The notes under the pieces were generated by a model. That model was given only the letters and a program-made list of their open reading frames with translations, did not search any database and was not told the origin of the DNA. Position numbers and translations under genes: made by a program. Positions 46,136 to 53,290 of a stretch of DNA of 64,000 nucleotides are shown in pieces; position 1 is the stretch's first letter; the number at the start of each line of letters is the position of its first letter. Origin of the DNA: an uncultured virus (IMG/VR IMGVR_UViG_3300048890_000135) (Duplodnaviria > Heunggongvirae > Uroviricota > Caudoviricetes); IMG/VR virus record IMGVR_UViG_3300048890_000135; one strand, given 5' to 3'.

Positions 46136-46438
46136 CGAAGCGTTCGGTCTGTCGGTGAAAGTCGACGCGATCACGGCGCGAAACGACCCACGTAAGTCTC
46201 CATGTCCTCAAGCCGCCTCGGAGGACGAAGGAGTGGCAGGGCCTTCGGGTCCGCTATTCGACCACATGCCTTTTGGAGATGATCATGGCCGGGCCGGGGA
46301 AGTGAAGAGCTTCCAAGATTTGTGTCAGCCCTGCCGCGAAAGCGAGAGACGCCATAAAGGGAGCGCGGGCTCTGAAGTACCGGCTAAAGCGTCCAGCAGG
46401 CGAGTGTGGGGGCTAAACCGAGGTCAGCGAACGCTTCG
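46136..46438 (+). ncRNA. raiA-motif RNA
   Basis: 11-bp closing helix CGAAGCGTTCG/CGAACGCTTCG; ordered blocks TGAAAGTCGA, AAACGACCCACGTAAG, CATGG, CCTGCCGC..GCGAGAG, TCCAGCAGGCGAGTGTGGGG, AGGTCA match the raiA consensus as I recall it. Confidence 0.8.
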
Positions 46439-46441
46439 TTC

Positions 46442-46515
46442 GGGCGCGTATTTCAAAAGCAGAATGCATCCGTGACATGGATGAGATGCTGGTGCAATTC
46501 CAGCCGTGCCCACCA
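46442..46515 (+). tRNA. tRNA-Val(GAC)
   Basis: Loop GTGACAT, CCA. Confidence 0.8.
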
Positions 46516-46533
46516 ATCTTGTAAGATGCTTCC

Positions 46534-46731
46534 ATGAGTCGCAAGGAAGAGATCCTGAGACGTGCTGCGGAAATGCAGCGCCAGGAGAAGACCTCCAGGA
46601 AACCTCCCGATAGGCCCTACGACGGAAGCGGGATGGTGTCGCGGATGCCGCTCGGATGCTGGCTCTGGATCCTCGGTCTCGCAGCGCTCGTCCTTTACGC
46701 CTTCAGCAGATTCATCGGCGGTGTACACTGA
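46534..46731 (+). CDS. Small membrane protein
   Basis: C-terminal TM helix; TAAGAT 6 nt upstream. Confidence 0.55.
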   Translation: MSRKEEILRRAAEMQRQEKTSRKPPDRPYDGSGMVSRMPLGCWLWILGLAALVLYAFSRFIGGVH

Positions 46732-46843
46732 AATCGACCGGACAACTCAGACCCCTAACTCTGGTGGCGGGGCTCGGGCTGGCAAGGATCGAGGGTGTGC
46801 GCCTTCGCGAGGGGCTGACCCGGGCCCCGCTCCCGTTGTTCAC

Positions 46844-46919
46844 GCCGGCGTAGTTTAGCAGCTCTGAATGCGGCATTGGTAATGCCGAGGTGCGGGGGCA
46901 GCACCCGCCGCCGGCTCCA
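46844..46919 (+). tRNA. tRNA-Thr(GGT)
   Basis: Loop TTGGTAA, CCA. Confidence 0.8.
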
Positions 46920-46924
46920 GAAAT

Positions 46925-46951
46925 AAAAAAGCCCGGGGAACAACCCCGGGC
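46925..46951 (-). terminator. Minus-strand intrinsic terminator-like hairpin
   Basis: AAAAAA-GCCCGGGG-AACAA-CCCCGGGC on + strand. Confidence 0.5.
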
Positions 46952-46985
46952 CCTGGGCGGGTCTAGTGATCGGATTGTATCACAC

Positions 46986-47060
46986 GCTGGCGTAGCTCAA
47001 CAGCAGAGCCCCCGCTTTGTAAGCGGACAGATGCCGGTGCAAGACCGGTCGCCAGCTCCA
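46986..47060 (+). tRNA. tRNA-Thr(TGT)
   Basis: Loop TTTGTAA, CCA. Confidence 0.85.
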
Positions 47061-47143
47061 GAAAAAACAAAGGCCAGGAGAATGGAGATCTCTATTCCCC
47101 TGGCCCAAAGGCGGTATGTATAGGAGAAATTCTACCAAGATCC

Positions 47144-47218
47144 GCCAGCCTGGTCTAATGAGAATGACGTCGGTTTCATAAGCCGAAAGTGACGGGGCAG
47201 ATCCGTCGGCTGGTACCA
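47144..47218 (+). tRNA. tRNA-CAT (elongator Met or Ile2)
   Basis: Loop TTCATAA, CCA. Confidence 0.75.
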
Positions 47219-47219
47219 C

Positions 47220-47313
47220 GGAGAGTTAAGCGAGTGGGAACTCGCCGCCCGCTCGAAACGGGATGGTGCCCGGCACAACTGGGCATGGGGATCAAGACCT
47301 CAGCTCTCCGCCA
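47220..47313 (+). tRNA. tRNA-Ser(CGA)
   Basis: Loop CTCGAAA, long variable arm, G73, CCA. Confidence 0.8.
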
Positions 47314-47393
47314 AAAAAAATTCGAGCCCAGGCGAAGTGCCTGGGCTCGGGAGAGGGAAACGCCTTTCGAAGGCTGTGAAAATTCTACCACAC

Positions 47394-47483
47394 GGAGACG
47401 AAGGCAGTCAGCGTGCCGCACCGGCTTGAACCCGGTTGCCCGGTTCGTCCGGGTCGCGCGTGCAACTCGCGCCGTCTCCTCCA
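47394..47483 (+). tRNA. tRNA-Ser(TGA)
   Basis: Loop CTTGAAC, long variable arm, CCA. Confidence 0.8.
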
Positions 47484-47559
47484 AAAAACTGATCAGAGAT
47501 GGTGGGCGAGCTTCTCTGTGATTTCGCCCTCAGGCTGGATCCATCAAGTCCGGCTTCAT

Positions 47560-47647
47560 GGAGGCGTTGGGCACTGGCAGGCCCAGCTCGTTGGAAGCGA
47601 GCCGGCTTTAACCGGCCGTGCAGGTTCGACTCCTGTCGCCTCCGCCA
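47560..47647 (+). tRNA. tRNA-Ser(GGA)
   Basis: Loop TTGGAAG, long variable arm, CCA. Confidence 0.85.
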
Positions 47648-47648
47648 T

Positions 47649-47739
47649 GGAAGGTAGCTCGATATCGGTTAGCGAGACGTGTTTGCTAAACACGGGCCCC
47701 TAAGACGGGCGGCGAGTTCGACTCTCGCACCTTCCGCCA
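47649..47739 (+). tRNA. tRNA-Ser(GCT)
   Basis: Loop TTGCTAA, long variable arm, CCA. Confidence 0.85.
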
Positions 47740-47816
47740 ATATTGAAGGTCACCAGTCGTTCGATCGAGCCAGGATAGCGTGCTCAGCACGACGGCTTCC
47801 GGTCGGCGATCTCCGA

Positions 47817-47892
47817 TGCGGGGTAGTGATACGGTCATCACGCGGGGCTCATAACTCCGAGACGGCGGGTTCAACTCCCCCTCCCGCTACCA
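47817..47892 (+). tRNA. tRNA-fMet-like (CAT)
   Basis: 1:72 mismatch, G-rich anticodon stem, loop CTCATAA, CCA. Confidence 0.8.
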
Positions 47893-47895
47893 CTT

Positions 47896-47970
47896 GCACC
47901 GTTGGCGAAATGGGAACGCGGCCGCCTGCAAAGCGGTCATGACCGGGCTCGATCCCCGGACGGTGCTCCA
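47896..47970 (+). tRNA. tRNA-Cys(GCA)
   Basis: Loop CTGCAAA, U73, CCA. Confidence 0.85.
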
Positions 47971-48000
47971 AGCTTCTTTTCCGAGCGCGCCCGGAGCGCT

Positions 48001-48294
48001 ATGATGGAGTTCATGGAGACCAAGTTCGCGGCCAATCCATTCCAGGGAATCTCGTTTGGCTTGGACCACGTCTTCATGTATCGCCAGGAGGACGCGCAGC
48101 GCTGGATCGTCTATAAGAGGAAGGACGGCCTGATCGTTGCTTCCTTCGACGGGACCGAAGCGTTTCCGGGATCCGCGCAGAATCTTGACGAGTCTCAGCG
48201 GGCATTCTGGGCCCGGGAGCTTGCCTATCAGGAATGCATCCGGAGAAATTCTCATGCGGCCCCTGATCTAGCGGCGATCGACACCACGCCATAG
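48001..48294 (+). CDS. Hypothetical protein inside tRNA array
   Basis: RBS GGAG; 97-aa frame between tRNAs. Confidence 0.55.
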   Translation: MMEFMETKFAANPFQGISFGLDHVFMYRQEDAQRWIVYKRKDGLIVASFDGTEAFPGSAQNLDESQRAFWARELAYQECIRRNSHAAPDLAAIDTTP

Positions 48295-48310
48295 CAGAAA
48301 CTTCACCAAG

Positions 48311-48386
48311 GCCGGTGTAGCTCATTCAGCAGAGCGCCGAGTTCGTAACTCGGAGGCGGCGAGGGCAGAGCTCGCCACCGGCTCCA
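48311..48386 (+). tRNA. tRNA-Thr(CGT)
   Basis: Loop TTCGTAA, CCA. Confidence 0.85.
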
Positions 48387-48387
48387 T

Positions 48388-48473
48388 ACCACGGTCGGGT
48401 AATCGGTAGCCCACCTCACTGTTAATGAGGCGCTCGAAAGAGTATGTAGGTTCGAATCCTACCCGTGGTGCCA
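48388..48473 (+). tRNA. tRNA-Asn(GTT) with extended variable arm
   Basis: Loop CTGTTAA, G73, CCA; extra hairpin GCTC-GAAA-GAGT. Confidence 0.85.
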
Positions 48474-48478
48474 ATCTT

Positions 48479-48553
48479 GCCCCTGTCGCGTAACAGATAG
48501 CGCGCCGAGCTTCTACCTCGGAAGTGCGGGTGCAATTCCTGCCGGGGGTACCA
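48479..48553 (+). tRNA. tRNA-Arg(TCT)
   Basis: Loop CTTCTAC, CCA. Confidence 0.85.
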
Positions 48554-48554
48554 C

Positions 48555-48628
48555 GGCCTCATCGACTATGAGTAGGTCGGCACCCTCTCAAGGTGCAGGA
48601 GCGAGTGCGAATCTCGCTGAGGCTACCA
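48555..48628 (+). tRNA. tRNA-Glu(CTC)
   Basis: Loop CTCTCAA, CCA. Confidence 0.85.
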
Positions 48629-48633
48629 ATCTT

Positions 48634-48707
48634 GGGCCGCTCGTCTATGAGTAGGATGCTGGTTCTTCAAACCGGCGGACAGGGTGCGAATCCCTGGCGG
48701 CCTGCCA
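48634..48707 (+). tRNA. tRNA-Glu(TTC)
   Basis: Loop TCTTCAA (C33), CCA. Confidence 0.8.
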
Positions 48708-48710
48708 GAT

Positions 48711-49190
48711 TTAGCTGAAGATCGCGTAGAGCGCGGCCGCGATCCCGACGGCGCCGAGAGCATATGGCGCAGCTTCTTCGATCGTGGTCTTCTTCTCTCC
48801 GGCATCGAATTCGAAAGCCGCTTCCCGAGATTCTGGAGGGTAGGGCGAGTAGTAGATCGGGGGAATGTACGGAAAGTAGTAGATCGGAGGACGAGGCCGA
48901 GGAGGGCAGCTTGCGGGCTCCTTCTTGTAGGTGATCGTTCCATCCGGCTGCTTGCATTCGAAGAGCTGGAGGCACGATCCGTTCTCTCTGAAGGGAACTC
49001 CGAGGCGCTTGCAGTCTGCTGGGGGAGGAGGAGGGGGAGGAGGCAGAGGCTCCGGCGCGGGTTCAGGTTCCGGCATCGGCGCGGGTTCCGGGGCAGGCAC
49101 ATCGGGGAGCGGTCCATTCTGGCCCATGCGGGTGCGCGTGAACGGGGATCCCTGAAACGGGAGCTGCCTCAAGAAGGTCTTCTGGAACAT
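48711..49190 (-). CDS. Pro-rich protein with C-terminal TM anchor (MGQ-motif group)
   Basis: RTRMGQNGP, poly-Pro, hydrophobic C-terminus; own TATAAT and AAGGAG. Confidence 0.7.
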   Translation of the reverse strand: MFQKTFLRQLPFQGSPFTRTRMGQNGPLPDVPAPEPAPMPEPEPAPEPLPPPPPPPPADCKRLGVPFRENGSCLQLFECKQPDGTITYKKEPASCPPRPRPPIYYFPYIPPIYYSPYPPESREAAFEFDAGEKKTTIEEAAPYALGAVGIAAALYAIFS

Positions 49191-49264
49191 TCCGCTCTCC
49201 TTTCGAGCTTCAGGAAGAATTATAGCTACAACCCAGATCCCAAAACACAGAGATCTACTTTCGT

Positions 49265-49460
49265 TTCCACAAGAGGGTGGCCTGCCGCGCGGGAATCGAA
49301 TTCCAACGATCTATCGGCCGCGCTCGAAAGGGCGCAGATCGCGAGGTAGATCGTCGAGGCAGAATAAGCGCCCCCGGGACGGCAGTGTACTAGTCCACGC
49401 TGCCGGAGCAAGGGTGACGAACCATCGTCAGATGGCGAACCAGGCCACCCCCTTGTGGAA
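49265..49460 (+). ncRNA. Unassigned ~196-nt multibranch RNA
   Basis: 19/20-bp closing helix 49265-49284/49441-49460 with internal stems. Confidence 0.55.
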
Positions 49461-49489
49461 CCGATCATGGCCCGCTGGCGGGCTTCCAA

Positions 49490-49563
49490 GCCTCCGTAGA
49501 TCAACAGCAGATGACCCGGCTTTTACCCGGGGGATGGGGGTGCAAATCCCTCCGGAGGCACCA
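49490..49563 (+). tRNA. tRNA-Lys(TTT)
   Basis: Loop CTTTTAC, CCA. Confidence 0.8.
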
Positions 49564-49668
49564 GAAATTTCGAAGTCGATCCCTCGAGGGACTCCGGGCG
49601 ATCCTGCAGGAAAACATATCTGCAGGATGCGCTTAACACGTCCGGAGCCCCGCGGAAGATCGACCAAT

Positions 49669-49742
49669 GGGAGCGTAGTTCAACAGCAGAAGACCCGGCT
49701 CTTACCCGGGGGATGAGGGTGCAACTCCCTCCGCTCCCACCA
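49669..49742 (+). tRNA. tRNA-Lys(CTT)
   Basis: Loop CTCTTAC, CCA. Confidence 0.85.
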
Positions 49743-49750
49743 AGCTTCAA

Positions 49751-49827
49751 GCCGCCGTGGCGCAACCAGCAGACGCGCCCAGCTCAAACCTGGGATCTTG
49801 CGGGTGCAAGTCCCGCCGGCGGCACCA
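49751..49827 (+). tRNA. tRNA-Leu(CAA), short variable loop
   Basis: Loop CTCAAAC, A73, CCA. Confidence 0.85.
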
Positions 49828-49831
49828 TCCT

Positions 49832-49907
49832 GGGCTCGTGGCGGAACAGCATACGCGCTCGTCTTAGGAACGAGATTTTGTGGGTGCAACTCCCACCGGG
49901 CCCACCA
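49832..49907 (+). tRNA. tRNA-Leu(TAG), short variable loop
   Basis: Loop CTTAGGA, CCA. Confidence 0.85.
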
Positions 49908-49914
49908 AACATTC

Positions 49915-49991
49915 GCGGCTGTGATGCAACTGGCAGACATCTTCGGCTCAGAACCGGAGTCCTGGAGGTTCGAATCCTCTCGGCCGCACCA
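49915..49991 (+). tRNA. tRNA-Leu(CAG), short variable loop
   Basis: Loop CTCAGAA, CCA. Confidence 0.85.
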
Positions 49992-49992
49992 G

Positions 49993-50066
49993 GCCCCGCT
50001 ATTTCAACAGCAGAATGCCTGTCTCACATACAGGTGATGGGGGTGCAACTCCCTCGCGGGGTACCA
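49993..50066 (+). tRNA. tRNA-Val(CAC)
   Basis: Loop CTCACAT, CCA. Confidence 0.8.
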
Positions 50067-50197
50067 AAATTAACGAGGCCGCAAAGGTCTGGCGACCTCA
50101 GCGGCCTCAGGTGGGGGAGAACTGGGACCCTCTCTCAAGGGCTGCTTTGTTCAAAAAGGGATCCAAAATCGTTCAAAAAGTTACGATGAAAATATTC

Positions 50198-50274
50198 GCG
50201 GCGATGATGCAACTGGTAGACATCTCCGGTTGAGAATCGGGGTCCTGGAGGTTCGAATCCTCTTCGCCGCACCA
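50198..50274 (+). tRNA. tRNA-Leu(GAG), short variable loop
   Basis: Loop TTGAGAA, CCA. Confidence 0.85.
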
Positions 50275-50282
50275 AAATTCTT

Positions 50283-50358
50283 CGGGCTGTTGGGTAATTG
50301 GTAGCCCGCCTGTTTCGGATACAGGAGTGTCCCGGTTCAAGTCCGGGCAGCCCGACCA
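50283..50358 (+). tRNA. tRNA-Pro(CGG)
   Basis: Loop TTCGGAT, CCA. Confidence 0.9.
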
Positions 50359-50367
50359 ATCTCTCGA

Positions 50368-50440
50368 GGACCGGTAGCTCAGCGGCAGGAGCGGCCGCCT
50401 CATAAGCGGACGGGAGCGGGATCGACACCCGCACGGTCCA
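50368..50440 (+). tRNA. tRNA-CAT (elongator Met or Ile2)
   Basis: Loop CTCATAA; followed by TCA rather than CCA. Confidence 0.75.
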
Positions 50441-50444
50441 TCAG

Positions 50445-50522
50445 CAGGGTGTAGCTCAGACAGTGATGAGCGCGTGCCTTGGAAGCACGAGGTCGCCGGT
50501 GCGAGTCCGGCCACCCTGACCA
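50445..50522 (+). tRNA. tRNA-Pro(TGG)
   Basis: Loop CTTGGAA, CCA. Confidence 0.85.
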
Positions 50523-50531
50523 AGTTTCCAA

Positions 50532-50605
50532 GCCCCCGTGGGGTAGTAGACGCCCGGCGATCTCCTACATCGCAAGGCCCGGTGCGACTCCGGGCGGGGG
50601 CTCCA
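50532..50605 (+). tRNA. tRNA-Arg(CCT)
   Basis: Loop CTCCTAC, CCA. Confidence 0.85.
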
Positions 50606-50613
50606 AGATTCAT

Positions 50614-50688
50614 CTCCCGGTGGGGTAACGGATTGCCCGCCACTCTGCGAAGGTGGAGGTGAGGGTTCGATTCCCTCCTGGGAGACCA
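50614..50688 (+). tRNA. tRNA-Arg(GCG)
   Basis: Loop CTGCGAA, CCA. Confidence 0.85.
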
Positions 50689-50691
50689 AAC

Positions 50692-50765
50692 GCCCCCATG
50701 GGGTAGCAGATGCCCGTCGCGCTTCGAACGCGAAAGTCCAGGTGCGACTCCTGGTGGGGGTTCCA
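50692..50765 (+). tRNA. tRNA-Arg(TCG)
   Basis: Loop CTTCGAA, CCA. Confidence 0.85.
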
Positions 50766-50784
50766 AGATTGTATACTGGGTGCG

Positions 50785-51060
50785 GTGACTCAAGTCGTCA
50801 ACATCCGGTACAGCCCCTGCGACGTCTACATCGGACGCGGATCCCCGTTCGGGAATCCGTACATGCTTGGCCCGGATGGTGATCGCGAAGAGGTGATTCG
50901 GCTCTACCGGGCCGATTTCAACTTCAAGATCAAAAACGATCACGCCTTCCGCGCCAATGTGGAAGCGCTTCGTGGGAAAAAGCTCGGATGCCACTGCCAT
51001 CCGATGTCATGCCACGGGGACGTGATCGTCGAATACCTCGAGCAGGCCCCGGTGGTGTAA
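50785..51060 (+). CDS. DUF4326-family protein
   Basis: DVYIGRGSPFGNPY, LRGKKLGCHCHPMSCHGDV. Confidence 0.8.
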   Translation: MTQVVNIRYSPCDVYIGRGSPFGNPYMLGPDGDREEVIRLYRADFNFKIKNDHAFRANVEALRGKKLGCHCHPMSCHGDVIVEYLEQAPVV

Positions 51061-51117
51061 CAGATCGCACGGCGGTCTCCGAAGCCGCAAGTCCAGGCGC
51101 GACTCCTGGCCGGGGTA
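51046..51117 (+). tRNA. tRNA-Arg(CCG)
   Basis: Loop CTCCGAA; no encoded CCA; 5' end overlaps DUF4326 stop. Confidence 0.8.
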
Positions 51118-51176
51118 CTAGAATCGAGATAGAATCGTTCCAGCCCGATTTTCTCAGGTCTGCAAGGAGGTGGCCC

Positions 51177-51788
51177 GTGGAGGCCTTGAAGGCGCTCGAC
51201 CGCACGGTGCTGGTGCTCAACCGGCGCTGGGATCCTATCCAGACGACGTCCGTCAAGGACGCGATCGGCCTGGTCGCCAAGGGATCTGCTTTCGTCATCG
51301 ACCCGGCCACGTTCGACCGGCATGACCTGATTTCCTGGGGAGAAGTCTCCAAGGCGATGAAGGTCGTCGGCGACGGCCTGATCCGCTCCCAGCATCTGGC
51401 GATCGTCCCGCCCGAGGTGGTTGTCCTCACGGAGTACGAAGGACGTGGCGAGCGGTCGGTGGTCTTCTCGCGGAAGAACATCTTCAAGCGCGACCGGTAC
51501 ACCTGCCAGTACTGCGGGAAGCAGCCGGGTCCGGAGGAGCTCACGATCGACCATGTGATCCCTCGGAGCCGCGGCGGGACGTCGACATGGGAGAACTGTC
51601 TGCTCGCGTGCGTTGAGTGCAACAAGCGCAAGGCCGACAAGACGCTCGAGCAGGCTGGGATGGCTCCTCGCAAGACGCCGAAGAAGCCAAGCTGGAAGAC
51701 GCTCGCCCAGGTCCATCCCAAGGCCCGGCGCGAGAGCTGGGAGCAGTTCCTCGGCCGTGCATACTGGGAGGTCGAGCTCGAACCCTGA
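51177..51788 (+). CDS. HNH endonuclease
   Basis: VLVLN, RKNIFKRDRYTCQYCG, TIDHVIPRSRGG, WENCLLACVECNKRK; RBS AAGGAGGT. Confidence 0.9.
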   Translation: MEALKALDRTVLVLNRRWDPIQTTSVKDAIGLVAKGSAFVIDPATFDRHDLISWGEVSKAMKVVGDGLIRSQHLAIVPPEVVVLTEYEGRGERSVVFSRKNIFKRDRYTCQYCGKQPGPEELTIDHVIPRSRGGTSTWENCLLACVECNKRKADKTLEQAGMAPRKTPKKPSWKTLAQVHPKARRESWEQFLGRAYWEVELEP

Positions 51789-51805
51789 TCGTCAGGTGCG
51801 GATCG

Positions 51806-51844
51806 AAACAGCCCGGATGGAAACGTCCGGGCTGTTTTTCTTTC
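51806..51844 (+). terminator. Intrinsic terminator closing the tRNA/HNH unit
   Basis: AAACAGCCCGGATG-GAAA-CGTCCGGGCTGTTT followed by T-rich tail. Confidence 0.8.
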
Positions 51845-51894
51845 CGTTGCTGATCGGTTAAGGATAGGATATGGGGGTAAGGAGGAAACAATTC

Positions 51895-52218
51895 ATGTAC
51901 GCTCCAACTTTCAGGCCCGTCGCGTTTCAGCCCCCAGCGTATCGGCCGGCTCGTCTCGCACAGGCCGTGCCCATCCTTGCCGATGAACCGGTGATACAGC
52001 CTCCGCTGGTCCCTGAAGGCATCATCTGGACGAGCCTTGCGGCGGCCGCCTCGTATGCGTCGATCTACACCGCCACGCATACGGATAAGGGCTTCCTCAA
52101 GGTTGCCGGATGGGCGGGCGGGGTCGCGGCGGGACTGGCGGCCCTGATCGGGCTGACGGGCATCCTCGCCCCGACCGCGGCGCGGACTTTCCCGCTCCGC
52201 TGGTACTTCGTTCGATAG
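51895..52218 (+). CDS. Membrane protein (LAQ-motif group)
   Basis: RBS AAGGAGG; PARLAQ; two hydrophobic segments. Confidence 0.65.
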   Translation: MYAPTFRPVAFQPPAYRPARLAQAVPILADEPVIQPPLVPEGIIWTSLAAAASYASIYTATHTDKGFLKVAGWAGGVAAGLAALIGLTGILAPTAARTFPLRWYFVR

Positions 52219-52276
52219 AACAGAAGAACATTAAACCGCTTGGACGAAAACGTCCGAGCGTCGATCTTTCTAAACC

Positions 52277-52626
52277 GGGGGCGAACTAGTTTTCGACTGG
52301 AGTGCGGATCGGACAAGCCGCGCGCCGCAGTCGGTCTCGAGGCTGCGTAAAAACGAGACCAAAACCCTAACTGGCAAGCGCCAGCTGTCCCTCGCGGCCT
52401 GACCGCGACGTCGCGCCGGCTTACGCCGATCGGCGGGATGCGACGTTAAAAATCGGCTGGGAAGCCCGAAGAGTCCGGGAAAGGGTTTCCAAGAAACAAT
52501 CCGGAATATGGTCGACGGAAGATCGGCGGTGATCGTCCCGAGACCGAGAACAAATCGCCGCCTACGCGCGTAGACGCCTTCGTGAATCTCTCCAGGACGC
52601 GGGTGCGACTCCCGCCGCCTCCACCA
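52277..52626 (+). ncRNA. ssrA: tmRNA, tag (A)GKRQLSLAA*
   Basis: GGGGGCG/CGCCTCC-A-CCA acceptor with G3:U70; PK1 CGCAG/CTGCG and GGTCTCG/CGAGACC; tag frame 52373-52402 ending LAA-TGA. Confidence 0.92.
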
Positions 52627-52730
52627 AAAATCTCACGCCAGTCCTATTCTCTTCGAATCTAGCTCTCGAGCTCAGGTTCTCGTAAAATGAACATGCGACC
52701 GGGGGCCTTCTGGTTAAGGAGGCCCAAGAA

Positions 52731-52958
52731 GTGCGGGACTTGCGATACGACACTGCCCTTACGGCGGGCACCTGGTATCTCTGGAAGACCGGGAAGAAGA
52801 GGGTTTTCTTCTCCTGTCCTGATTGTTCAGGGATCGTCTTGGTCGAACTTGACAACATCAACGAGGACGGAACCCTGATGGCGCTGTTTTCGTGCAAGCG
52901 CGCAAATTGCAGTTTCAGCGACTTGATTCGGTTGTCCGGATGGGCGGTGGTGATCTAG
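52731..52958 (+). CDS. Small Zn-ribbon-like protein
   Basis: RBS AAGGAGG; CPDC. Confidence 0.55.
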   Translation: MRDLRYDTALTAGTWYLWKTGKKRVFFSCPDCSGIVLVELDNINEDGTLMALFSCKRANCSFSDLIRLSGWAVVI

Positions 52959-53233
52959 TGGCTCCTGCGGCTAGAAAACTCTCCTTCGTTGCCCGTCTGA
53001 AGTTTCCGACCTACGAAACGAAGCCCTTCATCGCCGAACTCACGATGGGGCAGGCCGAAGAGATCGCCAAGATGCTCGAGAAGTACAAAAAGGCCGGAGC
53101 GATCCAGGATTACTACCTCGGAAAGCCGGATAGAATGGAGCAGCTCCACGCTCTAATTCTTTCCGGAGACATCCTGAAGATAGAGCTTCGGGACCTGATC
53201 GAGCTTGAGAAGAAGCTTTCTCGTGACGTGTAA
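52958..53233 (+). CDS. Hypothetical protein
   Basis: TAGTG coupling. Confidence 0.55.
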   Translation: MAPAARKLSFVARLKFPTYETKPFIAELTMGQAEEIAKMLEKYKKAGAIQDYYLGKPDRMEQLHALILSGDILKIELRDLIELEKKLSRDV

Positions 53234-53290
53234 GCATGGAGACGGACGCGTCTTCATGCTATTCTTTTGGGAACGATTGAGAGGTCATTC

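Noticed and set aside
46136..46438. RNase P RNA or group I intron
   Set aside because: Lacks the GAGGAAAGUCC and ACAGAA..CGGCUUA P4 strands and does not interrupt a tRNA; blocks fit the raiA motif instead.
43871..50662. ORF-track ORFs overlapping tRNA genes
   Set aside because: They are chance translations of tRNA/ncRNA sequence; only ORFs lying in gaps between tRNAs were kept.
43937..51117. Suppressor/Sec tRNA or stop-codon reassignment
   Set aside because: No CTA, TTA or TCA anticodon found, and recognisable genes are intact under the standard code.
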